64,000 nucleotides of DNA from positions 69,998,001-70,062,000 of the forward strand of contig OX638155.1 of NCBI GenBank assembly GCA_951804945.1, given 5' to 3'. The notes under the pieces are model-generated. The model saw only the letters and a program-made list of their open reading frames with translations, had not been told where the DNA came from and did not search any database. Shown here in pieces: positions 50,036-63,174 of the stretch (positions are counted from its first letter, which is position 1; the number at the start of each line of letters is the position of its first letter). A program made the position numbers and the translations under genes. The stretch comes from Podarcis cretensis. Lineage: Eukaryota.

Positions 50036-53000
50036 GTAAGAACATTTTAAGTCATACTTGTTTATCACAGTGGTATCATGAGAACGCTGAGATAGAAGCA
50101 ACTTGAATTAGACACAAGGCACTGGTAGTACCAGTGGATTGACATGACTGTCTGTTGCTCCCATTTCCAGTACTTAAATGCAAGAGATCTCTAGAAACAA
50201 TTTTATTCCATGGCTCACCTGTGGTTTATGCAATTTTGCTTAAATTTGATCCCTGAAAACAGAACTTTAATTCTGCTTATTATTTAATTTGCATGTCAGA
50301 ATATTTGTATGGTTTAGTTACATTGAGGAAACTGCTAAAATAATTTAAAATAATATATGTGCTTGAAACAGAAATAATGCAGCACTTATAATATGCTTTG
50401 GACTCTGAACTAGAATACAATTTGTTTATATTGATTAATTTGCAAGCTATCAACTTGAGTAAAGCATTGGCTCCATAAGATGCAATAGCATATAAAAGTA
50501 CCAAATTATTTATTGAATATGCTCCTGCATTATATGTGTATGAATGACACCCATGACTGTGTTCTAAGAAACTTTGTGGTATCTACTATGTGCTCAGAGG
50601 ATCAGTACAATTCGCCATCATAGGCCCAGTTCAGATAAACCAAGGTTTAGAACTCAGAAGATTGGTCCATGTGATCTTGTGCCTCCCCTCTTGCACATAT
50701 TAATTGTTACTACCACCACCTTTCTACCTAGGTTTGGCTTTAGTTGTTAGTACTAACCCAGTGCAAAAATTAACCAGATAATTTAAGTGAGTTTCTGGAT
50801 CAGTTCAGACAAAATGTGAAACCATAGTTTAGCATTTCAAAAACAATAGGAGAATTTCAATGTTGAATAAATCAGTTTCTTGTGGTGCCCAGACACAGGA
50901 AACCATAATCTATTCTACCTGTGGTTATTTAAACCAACTAGTTCAAATCCTCTAGCTGTAGTTTCAGAGCCTGAATTATTCAGACTAAACACAGCTAAAA
51001 TAAACATCTGTTCCCCCAGATTCAGATATAATGGTAAACTGTGGTTAATTCAAAACTAAACGTGGAAGCTTTCAATTGTTCCCCTTGATGCATAAAGAGA
51101 AGAATGAAGAGATGAACATGTATGCCTGAGGCTCACTGCAGGATGTTCTCACAATGTTAAGCCATGAGGGCTGGGGAATTTGTGACCCTCCAGAGGTTGT
51201 TAGACTCCATCTCTCAACAGTCAGTACTGCCAATCATCAGATTTGATGATAGTTTTTATCTGGAAGGCCTCACTTCCTTCATTCTAGCGTTACACGATTA
51301 CACATGAATTGGGCTTATGAGTGTACTAGGTTTCATTCTGATCTGGTTCGCTGATGTCAAATATACAAGAGTGAGTGTGGAGTGCTTTGAGGAGTGTGCA
51401 CAATTCTGTGGTCTTTCCCTTTTTCCTGTGACCTGGTTTTCCTGGAGCCTAGTGAGTGGCATGTGAATATCACCCAACAGAATTTGAGACATCTGTCCCG
51501 TTTGTTCGATAAAACAATGGACTATGATTGCCATTATGGGAACAACTCTAGACAAACCTTGAGCTCATACACTCCGCTGCCACTTCTTCTATTGTGGCAC
51601 AGCCACAAAGAGAAGATCAGAGAGCTTTGGCTTCCAATTTTGACTAATAGCAGCTTGTCATTTTGTCCAAACCAGGACAAACTATGGTTGATCTTAACCA
51701 TAGTTTATTAAGGCAAGCTGGCTGTGTAAGCAAAGGTTTGGTGTTGACTTGTTTATATAAAACACAGATAAGACAAATTGCAGTTTGTCTTTATTCCAAC
51801 AAGACAACGAACTGCAGTTAGGCAGAAGAAGAAGCAAAAACTTCCAGTTCCTTTGCCAAAAATGCTCAAAGAAGGGGGGGGGTCACATGAGATGGAGTCT
51901 CATCAAGGGTCATTCCCATAATAATAAACCATAGCTGTTAAGTCTGAACAACCGTAGAAAATTTGGTCTTTTATTGAAATATTGGAAGCTTACTGAACCG
52001 GGGATGAAATACTACTTAGCATATACTAACTAAATCAATATGCCATAGATTTATTTTTTTAAAAAATGATAATTCAACCATCCTTTGGTTTGAAGTTGGG
52101 GGGGGGCACGGAATCCATGATGAAATTATGAAATCAAGTTCCAAATTTTCTCAACTAATTCCATTAATTATTGGAAGAACACAAAGCTTAACTGAAAAGC
52201 ATGGATCATAAGTGGTTTATCATTCAGCATTTGGCTTTAGTGCTATTTTTTAATGCTATGTTGGGGAATCTCATAATAAAAGTCATTTAAATTGTACATT
52301 TTCCTCACTGGATATTGGCCAGGTTTTAGTGAGTTGGCATAAGTAGATTAAGAGATAAAGATAGCGATTTGTAGCTGAGAAATATAAGTTCCAGGCCAAG
52401 CAAGGTGATTTATAGCTTTTTCATCAGGAATCTTCCTTCTCGGGCCAATAAATCTTAGCACTTTTTATTGTTTTAAAAGTTAAAAATGAAAAATTTAAGG
52501 TTCATAGAACATGAAAGACTGTGGAAGTGCTAGAGGCCAAAATAATTTTTATCCATTAATAAACTGCTGTACAGACAAGAGGAGCTAAGGCATTCCCACC
52601 CTTTTCTAGTTGTGTCTCAATTGTAGCATGAAAGACCACCGGCAGGAAAGAATACACGGCATTCTTAACATATTTACGTACTTATGAGCCCATCTTGTCA
52701 GTTCCGATTGTCCTTTTCAAACGCTTTCCCTAATCTTCTCTTGCGTTATTGCTTCTTTGGCATGTTTCAGTTTCTACAAGAAGTCCCTCTATCTCCAAAC
52801 CCAGGGTCCTTCCTGTTCTATATGAGGCTGTAAAGAGCAATTTGGCAGGCTGAGCAGTAAGGTATCACTGTTTCTTGAACTTCATCCATCTGTTTCAGCA
52901 ACATAATCTTAGTGGGTGGGTGGGTGGGTGGTACCCAGACCTGGTTCCGGGTCTTGAAGGCACATCCTTATCTGCAAGACTCAAACCCAAGTGACTGCAG

Positions 53001-53362
53001 CATGACAGTCACCCTCACTCACGTGCCCACTTAGCCAAGTTGGCAGGTGGCAGTGGTGACCAAGAGCAACAGGCGTGGCCCAGAGAATCAGACTGAGGAG
53101 CTTGAGGCGGCTTCTTTTCCTAGCCACCATTACCACTTGCTCAGTGGCTTGCTTGGGAAAGCAAACAGACTGTGCCCCTTTCCTCATGGGTTGTGGTGGC
53201 TGCTCCTAACAGATGTTGCCACTCACCATTTCATTTCTTTGGGCAGACAAAAGAAGATCAATGGCAAGTGGCAGCTGCTGCCCCATCTGCCTTCTGCCCC
53301 TGCCTGGAAGAGAAATGTATGTGGTGATGGTGCTATGCAGTGTGAGGAAAAGGATTGGTAGC

Positions 53363-53821
53363 TGTCCGGGAACTGCTATTGGAACAGGGGAGGGTGGCAG
53401 GGGAATACAGAGAGCCTCTGATGCTGCTGAGGAGCAGCTCCTTGTCCAGCGGTGAGGGAAGCTACACCTCCAGTGGAGCAGAAGGGGGAAGGGGGTAGCC
53501 AGGCGAGGGGAGGGCTCGAAGATGAGACTGAGAGCCCAAGTGCCTCACCTAGCCCGGCTGGCCAGGAAACACACATGTCATTTCTGTCGCCCAGCTTGCA
53601 CAGAGGGGTGAAACGTAAGAAGGGGAGGCGGAGATTTGGGATGTCTAAGTTCTTACGTTGGGGGAAAAACCAGAAGGGGCAGCTCCCGGAACCTGCAAGT
53701 GACTAAGACGGACATGAACTTTGAGGTTCTGCACTGTAAATAGTTTGCACCAATAAAACCTGTAGAAGACAGGTCGGAGTCCTGCCTGGTTACTCGCGAG
53801 CAACCACTTCCACACCTGACA
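53363..53821 (+). mobile_element. Solo LTR (gypsy-type, 459 bp)
   Basis: tgtccgg...cctgaca termini; 5-bp TSD gtagc/gtagt; AATAAA at 53752-53757; purine-rich U3. Confidence 0.82.
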
Positions 53822-56800
53822 GTAGTCCTCACTCCTGTGGCTGTAGTGGGACTTCACAGTAGCTCACAAACCATTGATTCCCATTGATGATGGCATATTC
53901 CTCCATTCTAGAAATCTCCTCCACATAGTTTTCTGATATGCAAGGGAGAAGCATTATAATCTGCCCTTCTCCCTGACATGCTAGGTATTTTTTTGCAGAT
54001 GGGGAAGGGTCCAGGTGGGAGGAACCCATCATGTGACCGCCCACCTACAGTCTGAAGTGGCACGGCCCAAATGCAGGTTGAACATTTCAGTGAGAACTAG
54101 CACATTCTTCTGCAGTCAGTTATGCTCATACACATACATGGTATGAAGGAGACTGTGAATTTAAAAGCAAACTGCATGCAAATCTCAAGAATGTTTTTAA
54201 TTCAGTAAGAACGCATAATAAAGTCATAGCAGTGTCAGACCTAATTAAAATGAAAATTAATCATTGAAGGGGAAGAACATCACTAACCAGATTGTGAAGA
54301 GGCAAAGGCAAAGTGATTTCATATTTCTCTTACTGTAGCAATAATGAATTTCAAGTTGATCAAAAAACAAACAAATAAACCCAAAAACCTCCCAGCAGTT
54401 TCTTGATTTGGCTGTAACAATTAATGAAATGAATACTTTCTTGTTTTTAATCAGTAGCAAAGCATGTTTCATGTGTTTTAATCTCAGGCATTTTGTGTAA
54501 TTTTAAAAATAGAAAATACTCATAGGAACAATAGGATAAATGCATTTTCATTCAGTTATACATTAGCTGATAAAAAATTCAGATAGGACTGCCATAGAAT
54601 ATATATTTTTATTAAAGTTTTACTGTGGAAATATATAGTTCCACAGGTAAGCGTAGTTTGCCTGAACATAAAATTGCAGTAGCTACATCTAAAAAAAGAG
54701 AGAGTATAATATTAAAAATATGTCAGTCGGCCCTTTTTATTTTTCAAGTTTTATGGATATACCTTTTGAGCTGAATAGAGCTGATGTTGGCATATGAAAC
54801 TAATACACAAATACTTCACTGTGTTTCGGGTTTTTACAATCGCATAACTATGGTGACCATCTGCAGCAGCTGCATTTTACGAATTATTTGCTGAAGCAAA
54901 TGGCGTACAATGACAAAAAGTAGTCATCTCAGATGGACTGTTAAAACAGACAAAATAGCATTGCTTGCCTTTTATACAGAATGGCCATCTGCTGTACAGA
55001 TGTTATAATAAGGAATGACTTCAGATTCAATAATTGTAGAAAATGTTCATTAAAACCTCAACAATTTGCACTTGTTTACTTGAATCTGCATAATTCTCCC
55101 ATGAGACAACACAACACACTTGGTTTTTTATTTTAGTTCTCACTAGCATTGGCTTTGATCCTTTTTGATGTGCTGACTTTAATAAACATAGTCAAAAGGC
55201 GCTGTTCAGAAAACATCATGGAAAAAACTACAAAGGAACAATTATAGCAGCAGAAACTACTCTAATCCCTTACTTACGCAAGCTATTTTTAGTGAAATAT
55301 GTTTTTTTACAAATTTTATTTGACAGTATTTTATAAACAGTGTAAAAGGCCTCTTTTCCAGATGAGTCTTTGTGTAAGAGATGGAAGTTGGTTTGTAATG
55401 TAAGAGGAATCTTATGTGCCGAGAACCATTTTTAAAACCCTCACTTGGGAATGTGTTGTAGGCATGTTTCCTCCTTTGTGGAGGCAAAAACAAGAGCTTA
55501 TGACCTCGACTAATGACTTTAAAAGAGTTTTGATTAACTGATAACCTTGCATTAAAATATTTTCCCCCAGATATTACTAATTAGGACCTTTTAATCAGGA
55601 ATTTTAATAGCTAGGTTTTTGTCCTACTTTGTACTTTCATAATTCTGAAAAATGTGGTTTCCTTTTACTAGTTGTAACTTATATATTTTTTCTTTAAAAA
55701 CGACAACAACGCCTCGATCCATGTAGAGAAATTCCACCCGCAGAACACGCTCTGAGGGATCCTGCTTGCAGAGCCACTTCTTGAGTCTTCTATGTGCAGA
55801 AACTCGAGCTAGCAGAATTCCACTTGTTTAAACAGACATATTGGTGATGCATGCCTTGTGGTTACGTAGTCTGTTCTTCCGCTTGGAGCTAATCACGTTT
55901 CATATTTATGTGTGAAATGTTTATAATGCTTAATGTAATAATAAAAAATAAGTGGTTTACATAAAAAGCAATAACATTCCTAAAAGCTAGATGAAAATAA
56001 GATTTAAAACAACACAACTGTATATTGCAAACTGAGCAATGCACAAAACAAAAAACAAATTGTTAGAAGTTGCCCCGCTATGCACCCTAGCATTTTGCAC
56101 AGGCTGTAACTTCCAGGCTAGGTGCAAGTGGAGCTCCACAGACAGCACATTAAAGTAATCTAATTATAATGCTCCCAATACATGGGCCACCATGGCAAGA
56201 CAGTCCCTGTCCAGGAACATAGTTGGTGTTGTGCACTCTGAACCACTGAGGTCACATGAGTCCCTAGAGACAGCAGTAACTGGCTATAGAAGTGTCCTCA
56301 GACTATGCACCTATAGAGGAAATGCAACGCCATTCAGAGCTGGTGCACAATCCATTCCTGGACCTGGGAACTAACTACCCATCCATAGGATATTTGCCTT
56401 GTCTAGATTCAGCCCACGACTGCATCCAGGCAGCAGTTTAGCACCTGCTCAGCCTCTTCTGATCCAGATGTTACTGAGCAAGAGAGTTGGAATCATCAGT
56501 ATGCTTAAATAAGACTGGAGCTATTAAATGGAATTGGGTCTTGAGTTCTATACCAAGTTTTTAAAAATGTACCGTATATTCTGTTTAAAAGTATTATTTA
56601 ACTTTTCAATGCAAACAAGGGGTATGTACGTCAGATAGATAGATGTGTGTATTGTATGGTTCCAACTTACAATGCATTAGTATTATTATCTCATTTTCTC
56701 ATATTCTTCAAAAACTCCTCTTATCCTTTCCCCTCAGAGGAGGGAGGCCTCCCCCTCCTCCACCCCCCCTAAAAACTCTGTAATCCAACCAGCTTTACTC

Positions 56801-58001
56801 AGCATGCAAGCAGTAGTTGGTTCTGGCAGTGGTCTAACCAAAAATAGCATGGCACAGCTAGGAGATGGGGCAGACTAGTGAAGAAGAGGCCCATGACAGG
56901 CTGTGACACTGAAGCTCATAGCCCATTGGTGGGTCCTAGGCCACTTCCACTATGAGGAACGGTTGTAGCATTTTGGAGCTTTTCCCTTTTTAGTTTAGAG
57001 TAAAGGCAAGTAAGATAACGTCACAATAAAAGAAAATTAAGGTGTTGCTTATAACCAGTTTGCTGTTAAAGTTAGGTGTTTGTTTATAAAAATATTTATA
57101 CGGTATAAACCTTCTTAAAATGGCGGGGTTTTTTGTATATATTTTTTTAGTTTGTTTTTTTTTTAGTTTCCTTTGGTGCACCTCAAAATTATGCAAGCAA
57201 AGCTATAAATACATTTTGCAAACAGTCCTTAAATGGTCTTGAGGTGGAAGGAAAGAGTAGTGATATATGCATTCTGCAAAGTGAAAGGATCCATTTAAAA
57301 CAACAAACGCCTTTAGCCAGAAAGGACTTCAGTGCCTTGGGCTAGAGAAGGAAATGCAGTGAACTGTATAGCTGCACTTCAGAATAACATCTGTTGTGGT
57401 TTTTATTGTGTGTGATATTTTATCTTTAAATATTCAGCAACAAAAACAAAAAATAGTCTGAATTTCTTCAAAATTCTTCAAAATGTAGTGCAGTGTAAAT
57501 ATTTGCAAAATATTAGAAATCAGAGCGGTTAATGATGAGTATTAAGCAGAAAACATTCTTCCCCAACTGAGAATTAACTGGTTCTCATGAGAGAACTCTA
57601 CTAAGATGTTGCAATGGCCCTTGGATGCTCCAGATCCATAAGTTAGCCTAAGGAGAAATAAAACATCAAATTAATTTTGACTACCTAAAATAATATGCTA
57701 GAGTAACAATCCATTTACAGCACCCAGAAGACCTTTGTTACTTTTAGGAAGAACTGTAAACTCTTTCCAACACTTGAACAATAGGAAATGAATTCTTTGT
57801 CAGTAAAAGCCAGAGGACAAACTAAACATTTTAATGGCCACTGAGGATTGAAGTGGAAGTTCAGCCTGTAGACAGCTATACAAATCACTAACGAACCGTA
57901 ATGAATATTGGGTGTAGGCATCAGGGTCCTGTCAGTTTTGACACTGTGTCCCAAGTAGCTTAAACACAACACTCAAGGAAAGGTGGAGACCTCATCAGGT
58001 C

Positions 58002-58181
58002 NNNNNNNNNNNNNNNNNNNNNNNNNNNNNNNNNNNNNNNNNNNNNNNNNNNNNNNNNNNNNNNNNNNNNNNNNNNNNNNNNNNNNNNNNNNNNNNNNNN
58101 NNNNNNNNNNNNNNNNNNNNNNNNNNNNNNNNNNNNNNNNNNNNNNNNNNNNNNNNNNNNNNNNNNNNNNNNNNNNNNNNN
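58002..58181. other. Assembly gap (N run)
   Basis: 180 N. Confidence 0.99.
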
Positions 58182-60068
58182 TAAATGTAGGAGGGAAGAA
58201 CAGATGGCCTAAAATCCATGAAATCGGACACCACCTAATCCCAGGACTGAGTACCACTATTAATCCTGGTCAGGTTCCCTACTGTTACTTTATAATAGAG
58301 TTCAGAGTTGCTACTGATGAACTGGCATGTCCTATCCCCACCCCCCACCCCAAATAAATACAAATTAACTGTAGCTTGCTGATTTTGGGAAAGAAAACGC
58401 TCAAAAGATATATGCCCATTAAAACTGTAGTTCCACCTGCCAGTTCACTTAGGAAAGTGCAAAGCAGGGATGACATTCAGATGGACTGATCTTAAACTAT
58501 TTTGTTCCTTTCAAAACGTTTCCCCCCCTTACTGTTACATTCATAATGGATGTAATCGCATATCCTCTGAGAAAGGAACATTTTGTTTATTAAATTGATG
58601 TATGTGCTGTGCATGACATCGGTAGGTTGGAGTTCTCGACCTGACACATTATATTTTACTAGTATAAAACTACTATCAGAATATTGTTAGCTGTAAAGTT
58701 ATACTTTGCTGGAACAGCTGGGATCTAGTAAATAGAAGATGGAAGGGAGACTCCCGAGATTAGGGACACAATCTTCCAGAAACTTTTTCTGCACATGCTT
58801 TAAGAGGGGTTTGCCCTACAGAAAAATGGAAAGTGTACTTAGGAGTATTGCTACTTTAAAATGTTCTGTCTGAACTGAATTTAACAACCACTCCCATATT
58901 GTCATTTCCTTACTTCCCAGTTGGGTAGTAATAAACTACTATACTATTTTCAAGCATAAGGCTTAATTGTTTTGAACTGCATTCTTGTAGTCGTTTATTT
59001 CGTAGATCATTCTATGCATAAAATAGTAGTTGACTGAAGGTGAAAAAGTGTCCAGAATTAGGGTAGTATTTGCTGTGAACCAAGTTGCTGAAACAATAAA
59101 TAAATCAAAAATTATCAAATCACTGGCTATCTTGTGATTTCCAGGCTGTTTAGCATTCAGTATTGAACATGATGTACCTGCTTAGCCTTGCTTAAATGGA
59201 GATGAGCTCATTTCATAAAGATAACCATCTTTGACTTTGCTTCTGATTCATCACTGGCCTGAACTCCACTTGAACCTTGTTAGACACAAAACAAGCAGGA
59301 CTCCTGGCCCAGGCTATAAAATATAATTAAGCCCTTTTGAAAAGATGCGTAAGAGAGCATTGCTGTCTGCCCCTCAATATATATCCCACTACCGCCAGCA
59401 CAGCCAATAAAGTTAAATCAAGCACTGCCTGCAATGGATTAAAGTAATAGATGTTCCTGAATTCTTTGTGTTTGAAGTACTTGAAGAAAATACATGCTCA
59501 AGCTGCCAGAGCTGCTGTAATGCAGGAGGGACATACATTAATGATGAATTCAAGGATTTGGTCTGTTCAAGGTCATTAATTTCTGTTTACCATTGGTAAC
59601 ACATCTTGTGTTTTTACAGAGCCCACATGTGGCCATATACAATGCTGAAAAACTCTCTCGGTGAAGAATGGTTAATTGGTAATGCAGAAATATAGTACTC
59701 TTGGGGAGAATGAACCATCACAAGACTCTGTTTCACACTAATGAGAAATCCAGTAGTCTAATTCATTGTACTCGATCATTGCTAGCATTTTCACTTAACT
59801 TGATGTCTTCTGTTTCTTTGCTGCTGGTGTTGGTCTGGTCATTCCATTTAGCACACAATTTCTGTTAACTGGTGTACCTGCTCAACAGCTCTGTTCTTTC
59901 ATCTTTTAATATTCAAGTGTGTGAGTCTCTGCATAATCTTTTGAAACCCCATTGACCGTTTAAAATTGGACAGTGGGAGGATCTGAGAAAGAACACATCT
60001 ATATGGGGACAGCGCTTCCCATGAGCACTTGCAGTGACCAGAGACCCTTTCAGGGAGTAAATAACTGC

Positions 60069-60341
60069 ATCAGAAGGTTGGCGGTTCGAATCCCCGTGAC
60101 AGGGTGAGCTCCTATTGCTCGGTCCCTGCTCCTGCCAACCTAGCAGTTCCCGCTCCGGCGGGAAGGTAAACAGCGTTTCCGTGCGCTGCTCTGGTTTGCC
60201 AGAAGCGGCTTAGTCATGCTGGCTACATGACCCGGAAGCTGTATGCCTGCTCCCTCGGCCAATAAAGCGAGATGAGTGCCGCAACCCTAGAGTTGGCCAT
60301 GACTGGACCTAATGGTCAGGGGTCCCTTTACCTTTACCTTA
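60069..60341 (+). mobile_element. Sauria SINE, 5' truncated with an internal deletion
   Basis: Same subfamily as the 6551 copy (gactggacctaatggtcaggggtccc); lacks the gtgcaagtagataaatagg segment. Confidence 0.9.
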
Positions 60342-60355
60342 CCCCTCATTAGTTT

Positions 60356-60530
60356 TAAGAGCATAAGCCCATTAGAGATGTCCTGCTGGATCAGGCCAAT
60401 GGCCAATGTAGTCCAGAATCCTGTTCTTATAGTGGCCAACTATGGAAAGCCTGCAAGCAGGAATTGAACACAACAGCAATCTCCCTATGTGGTTCCCATT
60501 AACTGGGATTCACAGGCAGTGGCAGCTAGT
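60356..60530 (-). mobile_element. CR1-type 3' tail remnant
   Basis: taagagcataag...ctgctggatcaggccaatggcc...tagtccag...tcctgttct. Confidence 0.6.
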
Positions 60531-62819
60531 ATTGGCTGTGGAATGGGAATGAAGCAGGCTTACTTTTCGACTTGCTTGTGGACCAAAAAGAAGCAGGATG
60601 TAGCTTGAAGGCGTTATAGATTTTGTGGAAGAGTTGCAAGAGAACGAAATGGAAAGGCGAAGGGTGCTCTAATATTTCCTCCTCCTTACAGTATAACATA
60701 CAAATATAATTATGTATGTCTGTGTGTATGTATGTATGTATACTCAAATACCCTGGGGAAAATACAAAATACATGAACCACTGGAATTTTGCTGTTTGCG
60801 AATAGAAGACCCTTGCCCTTGCTTATTTGCTCCTCTCAACTATCACTGTGCAACATGTTTTAGTATCATTTTCAACAAAGATAAATAAGTCAAATGGTGG
60901 AGGGCAGCCTTTGGTTTTATAGGATTTTAATAATTCAGTCTTGATGTAATTGTCATGCAAATCAGCTTCTGGATAGTATCCATCCACAGACTTGCGGATT
61001 TGTCAAGTGGTCCTAAATCATTTCCAGCTGTATAAAGAATACCTGGATATTCTTTGCTAACATATGTCATCCCAGACTAATCTTTATAATGACATACAGA
61101 AGCCTCGTTGTAAAGAAGCCCGATTGTCTCTTGCTCCATCAGCACGGTGGTACATCCGAGTGCTATTATAGATCAAAGCAGAGCCTGACAATGTAAGGCT
61201 GGCAGCATTTTGTAAACATCATCCAAACCAAGTGCTTCATTTTTATTAGTCTCCTGAAGGGCTATTTTTAAAAGTCGTGAAACTGCTTGCTCCTCGTGCT
61301 AAATTATTGCGCTCCCTGAAAAGTATGCGAGGGCACAGCGAGCAGCGATGCGAGCCGAGCGTGTTAACTTCTGGATATCACAACAGTCGTTTGCGAAGAT
61401 ACATTGATTCAGTGAGCTGCCATATCAGGTTGAGTTGAAATTGTTGCCATGATTTAATCTGTTTAAAGGCAAGAACAAATTCTACGGTCGGTTTTTGAGG
61501 GAGGCCAGAGGAAGCTGTATAAAGTCCTTTGGGCGAGTGGGAAGGGGAATTTCACTTCACTTCATCTTTTCAAGCGGAGCTATTCAGTCTTAGGAAAGTA
61601 ACCTTATAAGTTCAGCTCATACTTTGTAATTCAACCAGGTGCTTAGAAATCCTAAAATAAGACTCTGGGCACACTGATATATGTTCCATTGGTATTCTGC
61701 GCTTCTTTCCTTTAGGATGCAAATTCCGTTTGTCCACACATGGCAGCCTATTGAGATTTCTCTGAATGTGATGCTCCACTGAAAGAAGCTTTACTAAAGC
61801 CCATGCCTTATTTCACTCACCATTATTCTTGCTGTATGTTCATAGCTGTCTGTCTTCAGCTGTTTTTAAAGTACTTACTCCATTAACCCTCTCATGATTG
61901 CACTTTGTGTGACTTCTGACTGAATATTCCCCTTCATTAGGTGCGCTGTGATTTATATAGCAAGATTTATTTCACCTCAAAGACGGAACAGAACAGCTGA
62001 AGAAGAAAGTTATAATGTCCTTGAGGAAAATTCTGGCTCTTAGTAAGATTAAAATAAAAGAATACATTTCAAAATTGTCCTGCATCCCAGTGCAGTTCTT
62101 TTGCACAATGTAAATCATCATCGCTTGAAATTCATAGAGCCTTTTTCTTTTATAGATCATTGGGGCTTGAATGAAATTCATACCACTTGGAATGTCTCTT
62201 TATCACTATCCCACCTAATTGAAAATACAGTATATTCCAGCATTGATGCTGTTGTAGGCTTCTAGATATGCCCTTTGGTGAAAAGTATACAAGGCTTTTC
62301 TTGGATCAGGCTTTGTTGTATAATATTTTTACAGGGCCAAGCAAGCCAAGTGACAATTTCAGCTATGCCAAGGAAGCAGAATTTGCCCCGGGATCCCTTT
62401 CAGCATTAGAGGACAGTTTGGGAACATCATAAGGGATTGTGGGCACACCCATCTGGTGACACCTGTTGATGTTTAGGGCAGTAGAAAAGTTTTGGGGTGG
62501 TTCTGTGGCTCAACAGTGATTTAAATAATAGGTAATAGGCCTCAGCTTTTATGGCCCACTCCCATTTATGTTTAGTGATGGTAGGACTTGGTTAACCAGG
62601 ATCCCTGGATAGCCATAGCTGCATTTATTACAAGCAGTGAAACTAACTTTGGAGATGTTAGCTCAGTGAAAGGGTGCTTGGGTTGCATTACGTAATTCTG
62701 TATTGCAAAAAATGCCTGCTGGTCCTCGGAAATAAACGTTTCAGAAATAGATGTGGACCAAAAGGGGCTGAAGAGGAGGGTCCTTGTCTCTGGAACATTG
62801 CATTGCTCTTATCTTAGTA

Positions 62820-63174
62820 AAGGTAAAGGTAAAGGTACCCCTGCCCGTACAGGCCAGTCTTGACAGACTCTGGGGTTGTGCGCCCATCTCACTTAAGAGG
62901 CCAGGGGCCAGCGCTGTCCGGAGACACTTCCGGGTCACGTGGCCAGCGTGACATCGCTGCTCTGGCGAGCCAGAGCCGCACACGGAAACGCCGTTTACCT
63001 TCCCGCTGGTAAGCGGTCCCTATTTGCACCTGGAGGTGCTTTTGAACTGCTAGGTTGGCAGGCGCTGGGACCGAGCAGCGGGAGCGCACCCCGCCGCAGG
63101 GATTCGAACCGCCGACCTTTCGATCGGCAAGTCCTGGGCGCTGAGGCTTTAACCCACAGCGCCACCTGCGTCCC
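62820..63174 (-). mobile_element. Sauria SINE, full length, young
   Basis: Near-identical reverse complement of 38351-38726 with an 8-nt deletion; TSD cttatcttagta. Confidence 0.96.

Noticed and set aside
52934-54060. GC-richer sequence around the solo LTR with short ORFs, possibly a decayed transposon gene
   Set aside because: No motif I can identify with confidence
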